Below are positions 10,045-19,135 of a stretch of 64,000 nt of DNA, piece by piece. Under the pieces are notes generated by a model, which was not told the DNA's origin, searched no databases, and saw only the letters and a program-made list of their open reading frames with translations. Both the position numbers and the translations under genes were made by a program. This stretch comes from an uncultured Bacillota bacterium (GTDB lineage Bacteria > Bacillota > Dehalobacteriia > UBA7702): assembly GCA_902796855.1 (NCBI GenBank), contig CADBQN010000006.1, forward strand, positions 892-64,891, in the 5' to 3' direction. The stretch's first letter is position 1, and every line of letters begins with the position of its first letter.

Positions 10045-10528
10045 TGTTTTCCTCTTCCAATATAAAATAATCTTTCATTTCCGAAAAGCCGAGGGAGCGA
10101 TAGAGCTCTTTGGCTCCGGCGGAAGTCTCCAGATAAATCTTTTTCGCCCCGGCCGCTTTCGCCTCGCCGATGAGGCGGCGGCAGACCGCTTCCGCGACGC
10201 CGCGGCGGCGGTACGGCCGGCGGGTATAGACGTTCATCAGATAGGCGCAGAGGCCGTTTTCGTTGTCCGGCGAGGGCATTTCCCGATAGAGGCAGACGCC
10301 GCCGCAGCCAACGGTCTCACCGCCGATCTCGGCGACGACAGCGATGTGCTCCCCTGCCCTCAGCGCCGCGGCGTAATAGGCGCGGTTCTCTTCCCGCAGA
10401 GCGGCCCAGCGCTCCGGCGCCATGCGCTCCTTCGCCGCCGCGAAGACGTGGGCCAGCACTTCCATGCGCAGGGAGAGGAGACGTTCTATATCGGATTCGT
10501 TCAGCTGTTTCAGGATAAGACCGCTCAT
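10037..10528 (-). CDS. GNAT family N-acetyltransferase
   Basis: Start ATG 10528 overlaps adenylation-gene stop (ATGA); acetyl-CoA binding motif 'RRGVAEAVCRRLIGEAKAAGAKKIYLE'. Confidence 0.75.
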   Translation of the reverse strand: MSGLILKQLNESDIERLLSLRMEVLAHVFAAAKERMAPERWAALREENRAYYAAALRAGEHIAVVAEIGGETVGCGGVCLYREMPSPDNENGLCAYLMNVYTRRPYRRRGVAEAVCRRLIGEAKAAGAKKIYLETSAGAKELYRSLGFSEMKDYFILEEENND

Positions 10529-12006
10529 GCCGCCGCCTCCCGGGAGACCTTTGGGAGGGCGTCCCTGTCGACTTTGCCGTTGGGGGTCAGCGGCATTTCG
10601 TCGAGGAAGGCGATGCACTCGGGGATCATGTAATCCGGCAGGTAATCGCCGAGATAGGAACGGATCTCCGCCGCCGTGGTCTCTTCCTGTTCCCGCACGA
10701 TGTAGGCGACCATATAGCGGAGCTCTTCCTCATCGGTCTCCGGACTGACGTGGACGCGGTTCACCAGCCCCGATGCCATCAGGGCGTTTTCCACCTCGCT
10801 GACCTCGACCCGTTTGCCGCCGATCATGATCTGTGTATCCTTGCGGCGGAGAAAGGCGATGCTGCCGTCGGGCAGCCGATAGCCGAGGTCGCCGCTGCGG
10901 TACATACGTCTGCCGTCGGCCAGGGTTTGGAACGCTTCTTTTTCCTTCTCACCGGCGCAGGTATAGCCCAGGGCGACGCCGCCGCCGAGGATGCAGATCT
11001 CGCCGGTCTCCCCTTCCCGCGTCTCGTGCCCCGCTTCGTCCAAAAGCAGAATCTCCGCGCCGTAAACGGGCCTGCCCACGGGATAGGTGCCGTCGGCGAG
11101 GGGTTCCCCGGCGGAGCAGTGATAATAGGAAGCGCAGACCGTCGTTTCCGAGGGGCCGTAGGTGTTGTAGACATCAACTTGGCCGACGAGGTTCGTCACG
11201 TAGGCGCCGCGGAGCACGTCACCGCCGCTGATCAGCAGCCGCAGCGACCGGGGCAGGGACGGCAGGCCGTTGAGTTCCTGGAGCAGATAGGGGAAACCGC
11301 TGACAATGGTGACGCCGCGGCGGTCGATGTACGACGCCAGAGCGGCGGCGTCCTCCCGGATCTCCGCCGGAGGAATGGCCAGCACGGCGCCGGCAAGGAG
11401 CGTGGGGAAGACTTCCTCCACGAAGATATCAAAAGTGCAGACGGAGTGCTGGAGCATGACGTCGTCCTCGCCGGGGCGGAACTCCCGCCGAAAGGCCCGG
11501 ACGTAGTGGCGGACGTTTTCTTCCGTCACCATGACGCCTTTGGGCTTTCCCGTGGTGCCGGACGTATAGAGAATATAGGCGAGGCCTTCGCCGTCGGCGG
11601 CAGGAGCGCCCTCCGCGTCCTCCGCTGCCATGCCCCGGTCAACGGTGATTTTAGGAAGACCGTCAAAAAGCTCCCGGTATTCGCCGTTGACGATAACGGC
11701 GGCGACGGCGGCGTCCCGCATCATAAAGCGCAGACGCTCCCGGGGGAAGGACGGTTCCGCCGGAACATAGGCCATACCCTTTTTCAGTACGGCGAGGATG
11801 GCGGCGATCATCTCAACGGAGTGATCCATCACAATGCCGATCCTTCCGCCCTCCGGCGGGAGTGCGGCGGCGATGGTATCGGCCAGATCGGACAGTTCCT
11901 GCCGGGTGAGGGCGCGCTCCTCATCAAAAACGGCGGGAGCGGCGGGGTTTTCCCGCCTTTTTTCCTCAAAGAGCTCCGCGAGGGAGCGTCTCTGACGCGT
12001 GTTCAT
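10525..12006 (-). CDS. Stand-alone adenylation (AMP-binding) enzyme, DltA/NRPS A-domain-like
   Basis: 'YILYTSGTTGKPKGV' AMP-binding core, 'YRSGDLG', 'NGKVDR' C-terminal motif; start ATG 12006 has a TCAGGAGG RBS (track ORF extended to 12102 from a weaker start). Confidence 0.8.
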   Translation of the reverse strand: MNTRQRRSLAELFEEKRRENPAAPAVFDEERALTRQELSDLADTIAAALPPEGGRIGIVMDHSVEMIAAILAVLKKGMAYVPAEPSFPRERLRFMMRDAAVAAVIVNGEYRELFDGLPKITVDRGMAAEDAEGAPAADGEGLAYILYTSGTTGKPKGVMVTEENVRHYVRAFRREFRPGEDDVMLQHSVCTFDIFVEEVFPTLLAGAVLAIPPAEIREDAAALASYIDRRGVTIVSGFPYLLQELNGLPSLPRSLRLLISGGDVLRGAYVTNLVGQVDVYNTYGPSETTVCASYYHCSAGEPLADGTYPVGRPVYGAEILLLDEAGHETREGETGEICILGGGVALGYTCAGEKEKEAFQTLADGRRMYRSGDLGYRLPDGSIAFLRRKDTQIMIGGKRVEVSEVENALMASGLVNRVHVSPETDEEELRYMVAYIVREQEETTAAEIRSYLGDYLPDYMIPECIAFLDEMPLTPNGKVDRDALPKVSREAAA

Positions 12007-12540
12007 GGTGTGCCTCCTGACTATTGTTTTCCCTTGGTTCATGTTTTTTCGGACGCTCCGCGCCGCCCGGCCCGGCGGCGCGGAGCGTTCCTTCTGCATC
12101 AATATTCTTTCTTTTCGCGCTTTTTCCTTTTTTCATCCCGGTCGGAGCGCCGGTTTTCACGAAAAAAACACAAAAAAAGATTTCGGAAGGATCCTCCGCC
12201 GTCGGCCCGCTCCCCGTTTCCGCGCTCCCGCAGCCGGAGCGTTTCGGGAAATCAGCCCGGCGCGTACGCGTTCATCCCGTTTGAGTAAGATCAAGACTTT
12301 TTTCCAAACCGATGTTTTTCGGGAAATCATCTCTTTTTTCGATGAAACGATCCGCGAAAGAGAGGAGCGACCCGAAGCGAGGAAATCGCGAGGGATAACC
12401 TCCTCGCCTGGACGGAGCAGCAGCGTCTCGCGGTGCGGGGAACGGCGATTGAACGCGCCGTGATCGATGTTCAGACAACCGCCGATGTGAACAGGCACAT
12501 AACGGAAATCATGCTTCCGCTTCTGCCTCAAAACGAATAA
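12007..12540 (-). promoter_or_regulatory. Long (~500 nt) untranslated leader upstream of adenylation-GNAT-esterase operon with a perfect 15-bp GC stem-loop ~35 nt before the RBS
   Basis: No credible ORF on either strand; hairpin ACGCUCCGCGCCGCC-GGGCCGGG-GGCGGCGCGGAGCGU at ~12045-12090 (minus-strand RNA); further imperfect repeats cgaggaaatcgcgagg/cctcctcg around 12370-12410. Confidence 0.35.
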
Positions 12541-12590
12541 ATCAAAAAACCGCTCAAACCCGGCTTTGTCCGAGTTTAAGCGGTTTTTCG
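12541..12590 (-). terminator. Rho-independent terminator after response-regulator gene
   Basis: minus-strand RNA: aaaccgcuuaaac..guuugagcgguuuuuuga hairpin followed by U-run. Confidence 0.55.
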
Positions 12591-12599
12591 TTTTCGCTT

Positions 12600-13289
12600 T
12601 TATTCTTCCTCTGTACGAACGAGACGGTAGCCGACCCCGGTGTGGGTGCGGATGCGGCGGACCTCGCCGCGGTCGATCTTTTTCCGGAGCGACGCCATAA
12701 AGACCCGCAGGTTCATCACGTTGTTCTCCCAGCTGCTCCCCCAGATTTCCGTCGTCAGGAAGCTGTGGGTCAGCACCCTGCCTTCGTTCTGCGCCAGCAG
12801 GCAGAGGAGCTTATACTCGATGGGCGTCAGCGCGACTTCCTCCCCGTTGAGGCGGACGGAACCGGCGGCGAAATCAATAATGAGGCCGCCGTCGCGAAAA
12901 ACGGAACCATGCTCCCGTTCCCGGTTGCCCCTCACAAAGCGCCGCTCCATGACGCGGATACGGGCGAGGAGCTCCGCCACGGAAAAGGGCTTGGTCAGAT
13001 AGTCGTCGGCGCCGGCGTCCAGGGCCATGACCTTATCGGCGTCCTCCTTCCTGGCGCTGATGACGATGATCGGCACGTCGGACCAGGAGCGAATCCGCTG
13101 GATCACCTCGGTGCCGTCGATATCGGGCAGGGCCAGTTCCAAAAGGACGATGTCGGGATTGTTGGCCGAGATCAGGGAGACGGCGCTTTCGCCGGAAGAG
13201 GCCGTGACGCATTTATAGTCGTGGGCTTTCAGCGTCACGTGGATCAGGTTGCGTATTTTGCGGTCGCCGTCGGCGACGAGAATTTCCAT
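12600..13289 (-). CDS. OmpR/KdpE-family two-component response regulator (REC + winged-helix), no cognate kinase adjacent
   Basis: Phospho-acceptor region 'DIVLLELALPDIDG', 'TKPF', C-terminal 'VRRIRTHTGVGYRL' wHTH; neighbours are transporter genes and a terminator. Confidence 0.85.
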   Translation of the reverse strand: MEILVADGDRKIRNLIHVTLKAHDYKCVTASSGESAVSLISANNPDIVLLELALPDIDGTEVIQRIRSWSDVPIIVISARKEDADKVMALDAGADDYLTKPFSVAELLARIRVMERRFVRGNREREHGSVFRDGGLIIDFAAGSVRLNGEEVALTPIEYKLLCLLAQNEGRVLTHSFLTTEIWGSSWENNVMNLRVFMASLRKKIDRGEVRRIRTHTGVGYRLVRTEEE

Positions 13290-13376
13290 GAGACGCGTCC
13301 CCTTTCCCGAAGATTCAAAGAAGTACCGATGACGCGGCGCTTCTTTGTTTATTATACAACGCTTCGGGAAACGGTG

Positions 13377-14336
13377 TCAACGACGCGGCTCACGCGGCGG
13401 GAGGCGCCCCTCTTTCCCCGCGGCGCGGATCTCCGACACCTGGACGATGATGACGAGGCCGAGGATGAGGACGATGCCGAGGACCTGACTGAGCGTCAGC
13501 GTCTGATGAAAGAAGACGAGGCCGAGGACGGTCGCCGTCAGCGGGTCCATGACGTAGCCCAGCTGGACATAAGTGGGTTCCAGCCGTTTCAGCGACCGGA
13601 TGTAGCAGAAGTAGGAAAGGACGGTGGCGATCAGCGCCAGCCCAGCCAGGGGGAGCAGCACCATACCGCCGCTGACGGCGACGGCGCGGGCCATTTCGGC
13701 ACAGAGGAGCCACGGCGGCGCGACAAATGAAAGGAACACCACGCCGAGACCGCCGTCCCACACGAGGACGACATTGGCGTCGACGCCTGCTTCCAGCAGA
13801 TATTTTTCACAGATGACCATCCCCGCCCAGCCGACCATCGTCAGCAGCGACCAGACGACGCCGGCGGCGGAAAAAGTCCCGCCTTCGCCAAAGACGTTGA
13901 GCGTCAGGGCGATACCCGCCACCGCCAGCGCGCAGAGAAGGGCTTTGCCGACCGTGAGCGGGGTTTTAAAAACGATCCGGGAAAAGATCATCAGCAAAAA
14001 GAGATTGCCGAAGACGATGGTGTGGACGATGCCCGCCGACATATACAGATAGGCCTTTACCATCGCCAGATTAAAGAGCGCCGTTAAGACGCCGTAAAAA
14101 ATCAGCACAGGCGCGAGCTTTTTGGGGATCTTCAGCTTTCGAAAATCGTCTTTGATAACGGCCGCCAGAAAAAAGAGGAAGAGGAACAGAGGCGATATCA
14201 CCGCGACAGAGCCCTCACTGACGCCGTAATTCCCCAAAAGCCCGGCGAAAACGCCGTGGGTGCCCCAGGTCACCCCGGCCATGACCGCCAGCAGAAAATA
14301 CAGCTGTTTCGGCAGTTTTCCGTTCGGGAAAATCAT
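13377..14336 (-). CDS. EamA/DMT-family transporter (paralog 1)
   Basis: 10 TM, duplicated EamA halves; ~55% identical to downstream paralog by eye. Confidence 0.75.
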   Translation of the reverse strand: MIFPNGKLPKQLYFLLAVMAGVTWGTHGVFAGLLGNYGVSEGSVAVISPLFLFLFFLAAVIKDDFRKLKIPKKLAPVLIFYGVLTALFNLAMVKAYLYMSAGIVHTIVFGNLFLLMIFSRIVFKTPLTVGKALLCALAVAGIALTLNVFGEGGTFSAAGVVWSLLTMVGWAGMVICEKYLLEAGVDANVVLVWDGGLGVVFLSFVAPPWLLCAEMARAVAVSGGMVLLPLAGLALIATVLSYFCYIRSLKRLEPTYVQLGYVMDPLTATVLGLVFFHQTLTLSQVLGIVLILGLVIIVQVSEIRAAGKEGRLPPREPRR

Positions 14337-14427
14337 CTATGTCACCTCCGTCATCAAATCATCATACCGGTATAAGAACGCTCGCAAAACAGCCGGTTTT
14401 TTTCGAACCAACCAAAGGGCCTTTGCC

Positions 14428-15369
14428 TCACGCCGTCTCTTTCCCCGCGGCGCGGATCTCCGACACTTCGACGGCGATGACGAGGCCGATGATGAGGGCG
14501 ACGCCAAAGACCTGAAGCGGTTTCAAAGTCTGACCGAAGAGGAGCAGGCCGAGGACGGTCGCCGTCAGCGGGTCCATCACGTAGCCCAGCTGGACGAGGG
14601 CGGGTTCCATCTTTTTCAGCGCCTGGATGTAGAGGAAGAGCGAGCCGATGGAGGTGATGAAGATGATCCCGGCAAAGGGGATCAGCGCCGCGCCGCCGCT
14701 GAGCTTCACCGCCGTGACGATCTCGGATATCGCCGTCGGCGGCGGCGCGATGAAAGAGAGGATGAGAAAACCGAGAAGTCCCTGAAAGAACAGGACGGCG
14801 TTGCCGCTCATCCCCTTTTCCAGCAGCAGCTTGTCGCAGGTCACCAGAACCGCCCAGCTGACCATCGCCGCCATCGTCCAGAGGAAGCCGACCCGGGAAA
14901 CGGCGCCGCCGCCAAAGACGTCGAGCATCAGCGAGATCCCCGCCACCGCCAAAACGCAGAACAGCAGTTTCGACGCGGTGAACGGCGTCTTAAAGAGGAT
15001 CCGGGAAAAGATCATCAGCAGAAAGAGATTGCAGAAGATCACGGTATGGACGATGCCCACCGGCAGATGGAAATAGGCTTTGATGGTGGCGAGGTTGAAC
15101 ACCGCCGACATCAGCCCGTAGAGGATGAGGAGCGGGATCAGCCTTTTGGGAACGGCCAGCTCCCGGATATCGCTTTTCAGAATCAGCAAAAAGAAAAAGA
15201 TAAAGACGCCCAGCGGCGAGATCAGCGCCACGGTGTGATCGGAAACGCCGTATTCCCCCAGCATAAAGGAGAATGTGCCGTGGGTGCCCCAGCAGACGCC
15301 GGCCATCGCCGCCAAAAGAAAACAGAACTGTTTCGGAACTTTTTCATCAAAAAAGGACATGATCTTCAC
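14428..15369 (-). CDS. EamA/DMT-family transporter (paralog 2)
   Basis: Shares blocks with paralog 1: 'AGVxWGTHG', 'LGYVMDPLTATVLGL', 'VSEIRAAGKE'. Confidence 0.75.
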   Translation of the reverse strand: MKIMSFFDEKVPKQFCFLLAAMAGVCWGTHGTFSFMLGEYGVSDHTVALISPLGVFIFFFLLILKSDIRELAVPKRLIPLLILYGLMSAVFNLATIKAYFHLPVGIVHTVIFCNLFLLMIFSRILFKTPFTASKLLFCVLAVAGISLMLDVFGGGAVSRVGFLWTMAAMVSWAVLVTCDKLLLEKGMSGNAVLFFQGLLGFLILSFIAPPPTAISEIVTAVKLSGGAALIPFAGIIFITSIGSLFLYIQALKKMEPALVQLGYVMDPLTATVLGLLLFGQTLKPLQVFGVALIIGLVIAVEVSEIRAAGKETA

Positions 15370-15441
15370 CCCTCCCCCATGATAAACCCTGCGGTTACAG
15401 GAAGGTCAAGTCCTTTTTATAAAAAACGGACCGCCGCGGGA

Positions 15442-16197
15442 TCAGCGGCGGCCTTTCAGCGTCATCAAAACCTCGTTGTACCGCTCCGGAGCGTCGAAGG
15501 AGCCGGCGGAGAGCAGATAAAAGACGTAGCAGGGAACGGAGACCTCAAACCCGGCGGCCTCCGCCCGGGAAAAACCGGCGGCGACAGCGTCGCTGACGTC
15601 AAAGAAACCGGCGCTCTTGACAACAACGCTGACAAAACCGTCAAGCAGGCGCTTATCGACACAGCTTTCCCGCAGCTCCGCGGGGAGCAGGGCGAGATCT
15701 TCCTCAAAGACAACGCTGTATTTCTCTTCCCGTTCCCCGTCAAAAAACGTCCCGAAGGTGCAGGCCGGAAAGGAATCGGCGCGGCGCATCAGGTCCTCGG
15801 CGGGGAAAAGATACACGCGGCGCGGCGGCGTCACCGCGGGGGCGTCGTTCAGACGGCGGGCGCGGTCGATGTAGCGGTCGTAAAAATCGCAGATTTCCAG
15901 ATCGCGGACGGCGGCTTCATAGGCCGCCCGGGATTTCCGCCGGAACCCGGCGATGGAAGCGGAGAGCTCCGAAAGGGACGTTCCCCGTTTCAGGTCGCTG
16001 ATGTCGCTGAGCCCCATATCGATGGCGCGGTGATACGCCACGGTCCAGAGTTTATAGAGATCGTCGTCGCCGAAAAGGCGGTAGCCGTTTTCCGGGTCCT
16101 TTTCCGGGCGGATAAAGCCCTTCTGTTCATAATGACGGATCGCCGAGGGGCTGATGCCCAATATCTCGGCGGCCTCGTGGATTTTATACTTCTTCAT
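15442..16197 (-). CDS. MerR-family transcriptional regulator
   Basis: 'MKKYKIHEAAEILGISPSAIRHYEQKGFI' MerR HTH; start ATG 16197 preferred over track TTG start 16239; no strong RBS for either. Confidence 0.65.
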   Translation of the reverse strand: MKKYKIHEAAEILGISPSAIRHYEQKGFIRPEKDPENGYRLFGDDDLYKLWTVAYHRAIDMGLSDISDLKRGTSLSELSASIAGFRRKSRAAYEAAVRDLEICDFYDRYIDRARRLNDAPAVTPPRRVYLFPAEDLMRRADSFPACTFGTFFDGEREEKYSVVFEEDLALLPAELRESCVDKRLLDGFVSVVVKSAGFFDVSDAVAAGFSRAEAAGFEVSVPCYVFYLLSAGSFDAPERYNEVLMTLKGRR

Positions 16198-16254
16198 GTC
16201 AGCGAAAGGGGCGCTCGGCCTCTCTTCTGCCTCCTTCAAAAATAGACCGGAGCG

Positions 16255-16758
16255 TCAATCGTCGAGCTGGGCGATGGTGGTGCTCCCACGTTCCAGGGAG
16301 ACGACGCCGGTGCGGCAGATCTCCAGGATCTCAAAATCCTGCATCAGCGTGATAAAGGCGTCGATGCGCCGGGAATCGCCGGTGATGCGCATGATCACCG
16401 ATTCCCTGGTGTAGTCCACCGTTTCGGCCTTAAAGGCCTCGGCGGCGGTGCGGATATCGTCTCTGGCGGCGGGATCGTTCTTGACCTTGATGAGCATCAG
16501 CTCGCAGTTGACGGAGTCGTCCTTGTTCAGCTCCTTCACCTTGATGACGTCGGGGAGTTTATAGAGCTGGGTGACGATCTGATGGTTCATTTCCGGCTCC
16601 GCCTCGTAGGTCACGGTGATCCGGGAGAATTTTTCCGATTCCGTCTCGCTGACGGTCAGGGAATTGATATTGAACTGACGGCGGCGGAACATGCTGGTGA
16701 CCCTGTTCAGCACGCCGGATTGATTGTTGACCAGCACGGCGATGGTATATTTCTGCAT
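16255..16758 (-). CDS. ilvH: Acetolactate synthase small (regulatory, ACT-domain) subunit
   Basis: 'YTIAVLVNNQSGVLNRVTSMFRRRQFNI' ACT domain; immediately downstream of large subunit. Confidence 0.9.
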   Translation of the reverse strand: MQKYTIAVLVNNQSGVLNRVTSMFRRRQFNINSLTVSETESEKFSRITVTYEAEPEMNHQIVTQLYKLPDVIKVKELNKDDSVNCELMLIKVKNDPAARDDIRTAAEAFKAETVDYTRESVIMRITGDSRRIDAFITLMQDFEILEICRTGVVSLERGSTTIAQLDD

Positions 16759-16759
16759 G

Positions 16760-18421
16760 TTAATCCTCCACCTTTACAATGATATCGTCCATGGAACCGC
16801 CGGGCGGGAGCATCGGCAGCACGAGCTCGTCCCGGTGAACGGCGCAGTCGATAAGGAACGGCCCGTCGGCGGCGAACGCGGTATCGAAGGCTTCTTGCAG
16901 CTCCGCGAGGGAGCGCACCCGTGCTCCTTTGGCGCCAAAGGCTTCGGCCACGGCGACAAAGTCCGTCTGCCGGTCCAGAACGGTGCCGGCGTAGTGGCGG
17001 TCGTACCAGATGGTCTGGAACTGGCGCACCATGCCCAGAACGCCGTTGTTGATGACGAGGATCACCAGGGGCACCTTATTGCTGACGGCGGTGGCAAGCT
17101 CCGTTAAGCACATGCCAAAGCCGCCGTCGCCGGTGACGAGGACCGTCCGTTCCCCGGTGCCGAGGGCGGCGCCAATGGCGGCGCCCATGCCGAAGCCCAT
17201 GGCGCCGAGGCCGCCGTTGGAAATAAAGCGCCGCGTCTGTTCAAAGCGAAGGTACTGGGCGGCCCACATCTGGTGCTGTCCCACATCGGTAACGACGGGG
17301 GTGGACGCTGTGAGATAGTCGTTGAGCAGGGCGTAGATGTTCCGGGGAACGAGACCCTCCCGGTGATCGATCTGTTCTTCCTCCCGGGCCTTAAACTTGC
17401 GGATCTCGTCCCACCAATCGGGGCGCTCCTGCTTTTTCAGAGCGGCGGTGAGCCGCGCCAACGTCAGGCCGACATCGCCTTTGAGGCAAAGGGCGGCCTT
17501 GACGGTCTTTAAGAACTCGGCGTTGTCCACGTCGATGTGGATGACCTTTGCCCCCTGGGCAAAGCGTCCGGTGTCGCCGGTGGCACGGTCGTTAAAGCGA
17601 ACGCCGCAGGCGATGATGCAGTCGGCGTGGTGCATGGCGATGGACGAGGCGTAGTGGCCGTGCATCCCCTGCATCCCCAAAAAGCGGGGGTGCTCCGTGG
17701 CCACGCCGGAAACGCCCATCAGGGAGCACCCAATGGGAGCGTCGATTTTTTCCGCCAGCTCCGTCACGGCCTGCTCCGCGCCGGAGGCGATGACGCCGCC
17801 GCCGAAATAGACAAAGGGGCGGTTGCACTGGGCGATGGTCTCCACGGCCTCGGTCACGTCGGCGCGGGATTGTTTTTCCGCCGCCGGCACCGGTTCGCCG
17901 GGGGTGAATTCCGCCTGCGCCACCTGGATATCTTTGGGCACGTCGATGAGGACGGGACCGGGGCGGCCCGACTTCGCCAGGCGGAAGGCTTCTCGGATCG
18001 TATCCGCCAGCGTCTCCACGGAACCGGCGATGAAATTGTGCTTTGTGATGGGCAGGGTGATCCCGGTGATGTCGATCTCCTGGAAGCTGTCGGTGCCCAG
18101 CTGATCACTGGGAACGTTGCCGGTGACGGCCACCAGGGGAACGGAATCGAGGAACGCCGCGGCGATGCCGGTGACGAGGTTCGTCGCCCCCGGACCCGAA
18201 GTGGCGATGACCGTGCCGACACCGCCGGTGGCTCTGGCGTAGCCGTCGGCGGCGTGAACGGCGCCCTGTTCGTGAGCGGTCAGGACGTGACGGATCTCAT
18301 CCTGACAGCGATAGAGCGAATCGTAAACGTCGATGATCTGACCGCCGGGATAGCCGAAGACCACCTCGACGCCCTGTTCAATCAGGGTCCGCACAATAAT
18401 ATCCGCGCCGGATAACAACAT
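16760..18421 (-). CDS. ilvB: Acetolactate synthase large (catalytic, ThDP/FAD) subunit
   Basis: 553 aa; 'GYPGGQIIDVYD' ThDP N-domain; 'GGLGAMGFGMGAAIGAA...VLVTGDGGFGM' ThDP-binding C-domain. Confidence 0.9.
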   Translation of the reverse strand: MLLSGADIIVRTLIEQGVEVVFGYPGGQIIDVYDSLYRCQDEIRHVLTAHEQGAVHAADGYARATGGVGTVIATSGPGATNLVTGIAAAFLDSVPLVAVTGNVPSDQLGTDSFQEIDITGITLPITKHNFIAGSVETLADTIREAFRLAKSGRPGPVLIDVPKDIQVAQAEFTPGEPVPAAEKQSRADVTEAVETIAQCNRPFVYFGGGVIASGAEQAVTELAEKIDAPIGCSLMGVSGVATEHPRFLGMQGMHGHYASSIAMHHADCIIACGVRFNDRATGDTGRFAQGAKVIHIDVDNAEFLKTVKAALCLKGDVGLTLARLTAALKKQERPDWWDEIRKFKAREEEQIDHREGLVPRNIYALLNDYLTASTPVVTDVGQHQMWAAQYLRFEQTRRFISNGGLGAMGFGMGAAIGAALGTGERTVLVTGDGGFGMCLTELATAVSNKVPLVILVINNGVLGMVRQFQTIWYDRHYAGTVLDRQTDFVAVAEAFGAKGARVRSLAELQEAFDTAFAADGPFLIDCAVHRDELVLPMLPPGGSMDDIIVKVED

Positions 18422-18562
18422 CGTATCTCCCTCTTCTTTCCTGCTTGCGCATTGAAGTATGTAAAATGGATTATATCATTCAAAATATAAAGATAGCGTA
18501 AAGAAGACAGTCTCCTTATAAAGATTCTATAAAGACGCCGTGATTCCTGCCGGAACAGCGAT

Positions 18563-18591
18563 TGACAGCGCGGGAAATTCCCGTTAAAATA
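18563..18591 (+). promoter_or_regulatory. Sigma-A-type promoter (TTGACA-17-TAAAAT) with inverted repeat CGGGAA-a-TTCCCG in spacer
   Basis: ttgacagcgcgggaaattcccgttaaaat ~45 nt upstream of ATG 18635. Confidence 0.5.
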
Positions 18592-18634
18592 AAGACAAAG
18601 ACCGGGTCCCGCCCGGAGAAACGAGGTAAACGCG

Positions 18635-18979
18635 ATGAAAAAAGTGAAAATCACCGTCATGAACATCGGCTGGCTCCCGGAACTGGCCGAGGGCTACGCC
18701 GCCCCGGATCTGGCCCCCTGCGAATACCACCGCAAAGGGCAGGTCTTTTACAGCAACGGCTGGCAGAAACCGGAAGGGCTCTGCGACAACGCCTGGAAAT
18801 CCATGCTGGAATACGTGATGACCCTGGCCCACGGCGGCGAGGATTTTTACAACGGCTGGATGAAAGACAAAAAAACGGCGATGATCGCCTGCAACGACGG
18901 CTTTCGTCCCGTCAGCTTCCTGCTGGAGGCCACCGAGGAAGAAGCGCCGACCTTCATCGACGCCGACCTGAACCACTGA
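18635..18979 (+). CDS. Small Cys/His-containing conserved protein, TIGR04076-like
   Basis: 114 aa, 'MKKVKITVMN...CEYHRKGQVFY...PEGLCDNAWKSM'; family assignment from memory only. Confidence 0.45.
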   Translation: MKKVKITVMNIGWLPELAEGYAAPDLAPCEYHRKGQVFYSNGWQKPEGLCDNAWKSMLEYVMTLAHGGEDFYNGWMKDKKTAMIACNDGFRPVSFLLEATEEEAPTFIDADLNH

Positions 18980-19135
18980 CACCGCAAAACCGCTTTTTAA
19001 AAAAAGCGGTTTCTTCTTTGTTTCGCAAACTTTCACCCAAAACGACGCGGAAAGATGGTATAATAGACATAAATCATGGGCCGCGGGAAACGTCCCGTTT
19101 CAGGGGGACGCGCCGGGCCGGGAAGGATGCCGCCG

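Noticed and set aside
12157-12531. 124-aa minus-strand ORF inside the long leader of the adenylation operon
   Set aside because: Arg-rich low-complexity translation, no RBS, and overlaps equally open plus-strand frames. The region is treated as non-coding regulatory RNA.
18422-18634. Possible T-box/attenuator leader for ilvB
   Set aside because: The minus-strand leader is only ~45 nt after an extended -10 (TGaTATAAT), with no terminator/antiterminator structures. The region is mainly a divergent promoter zone.
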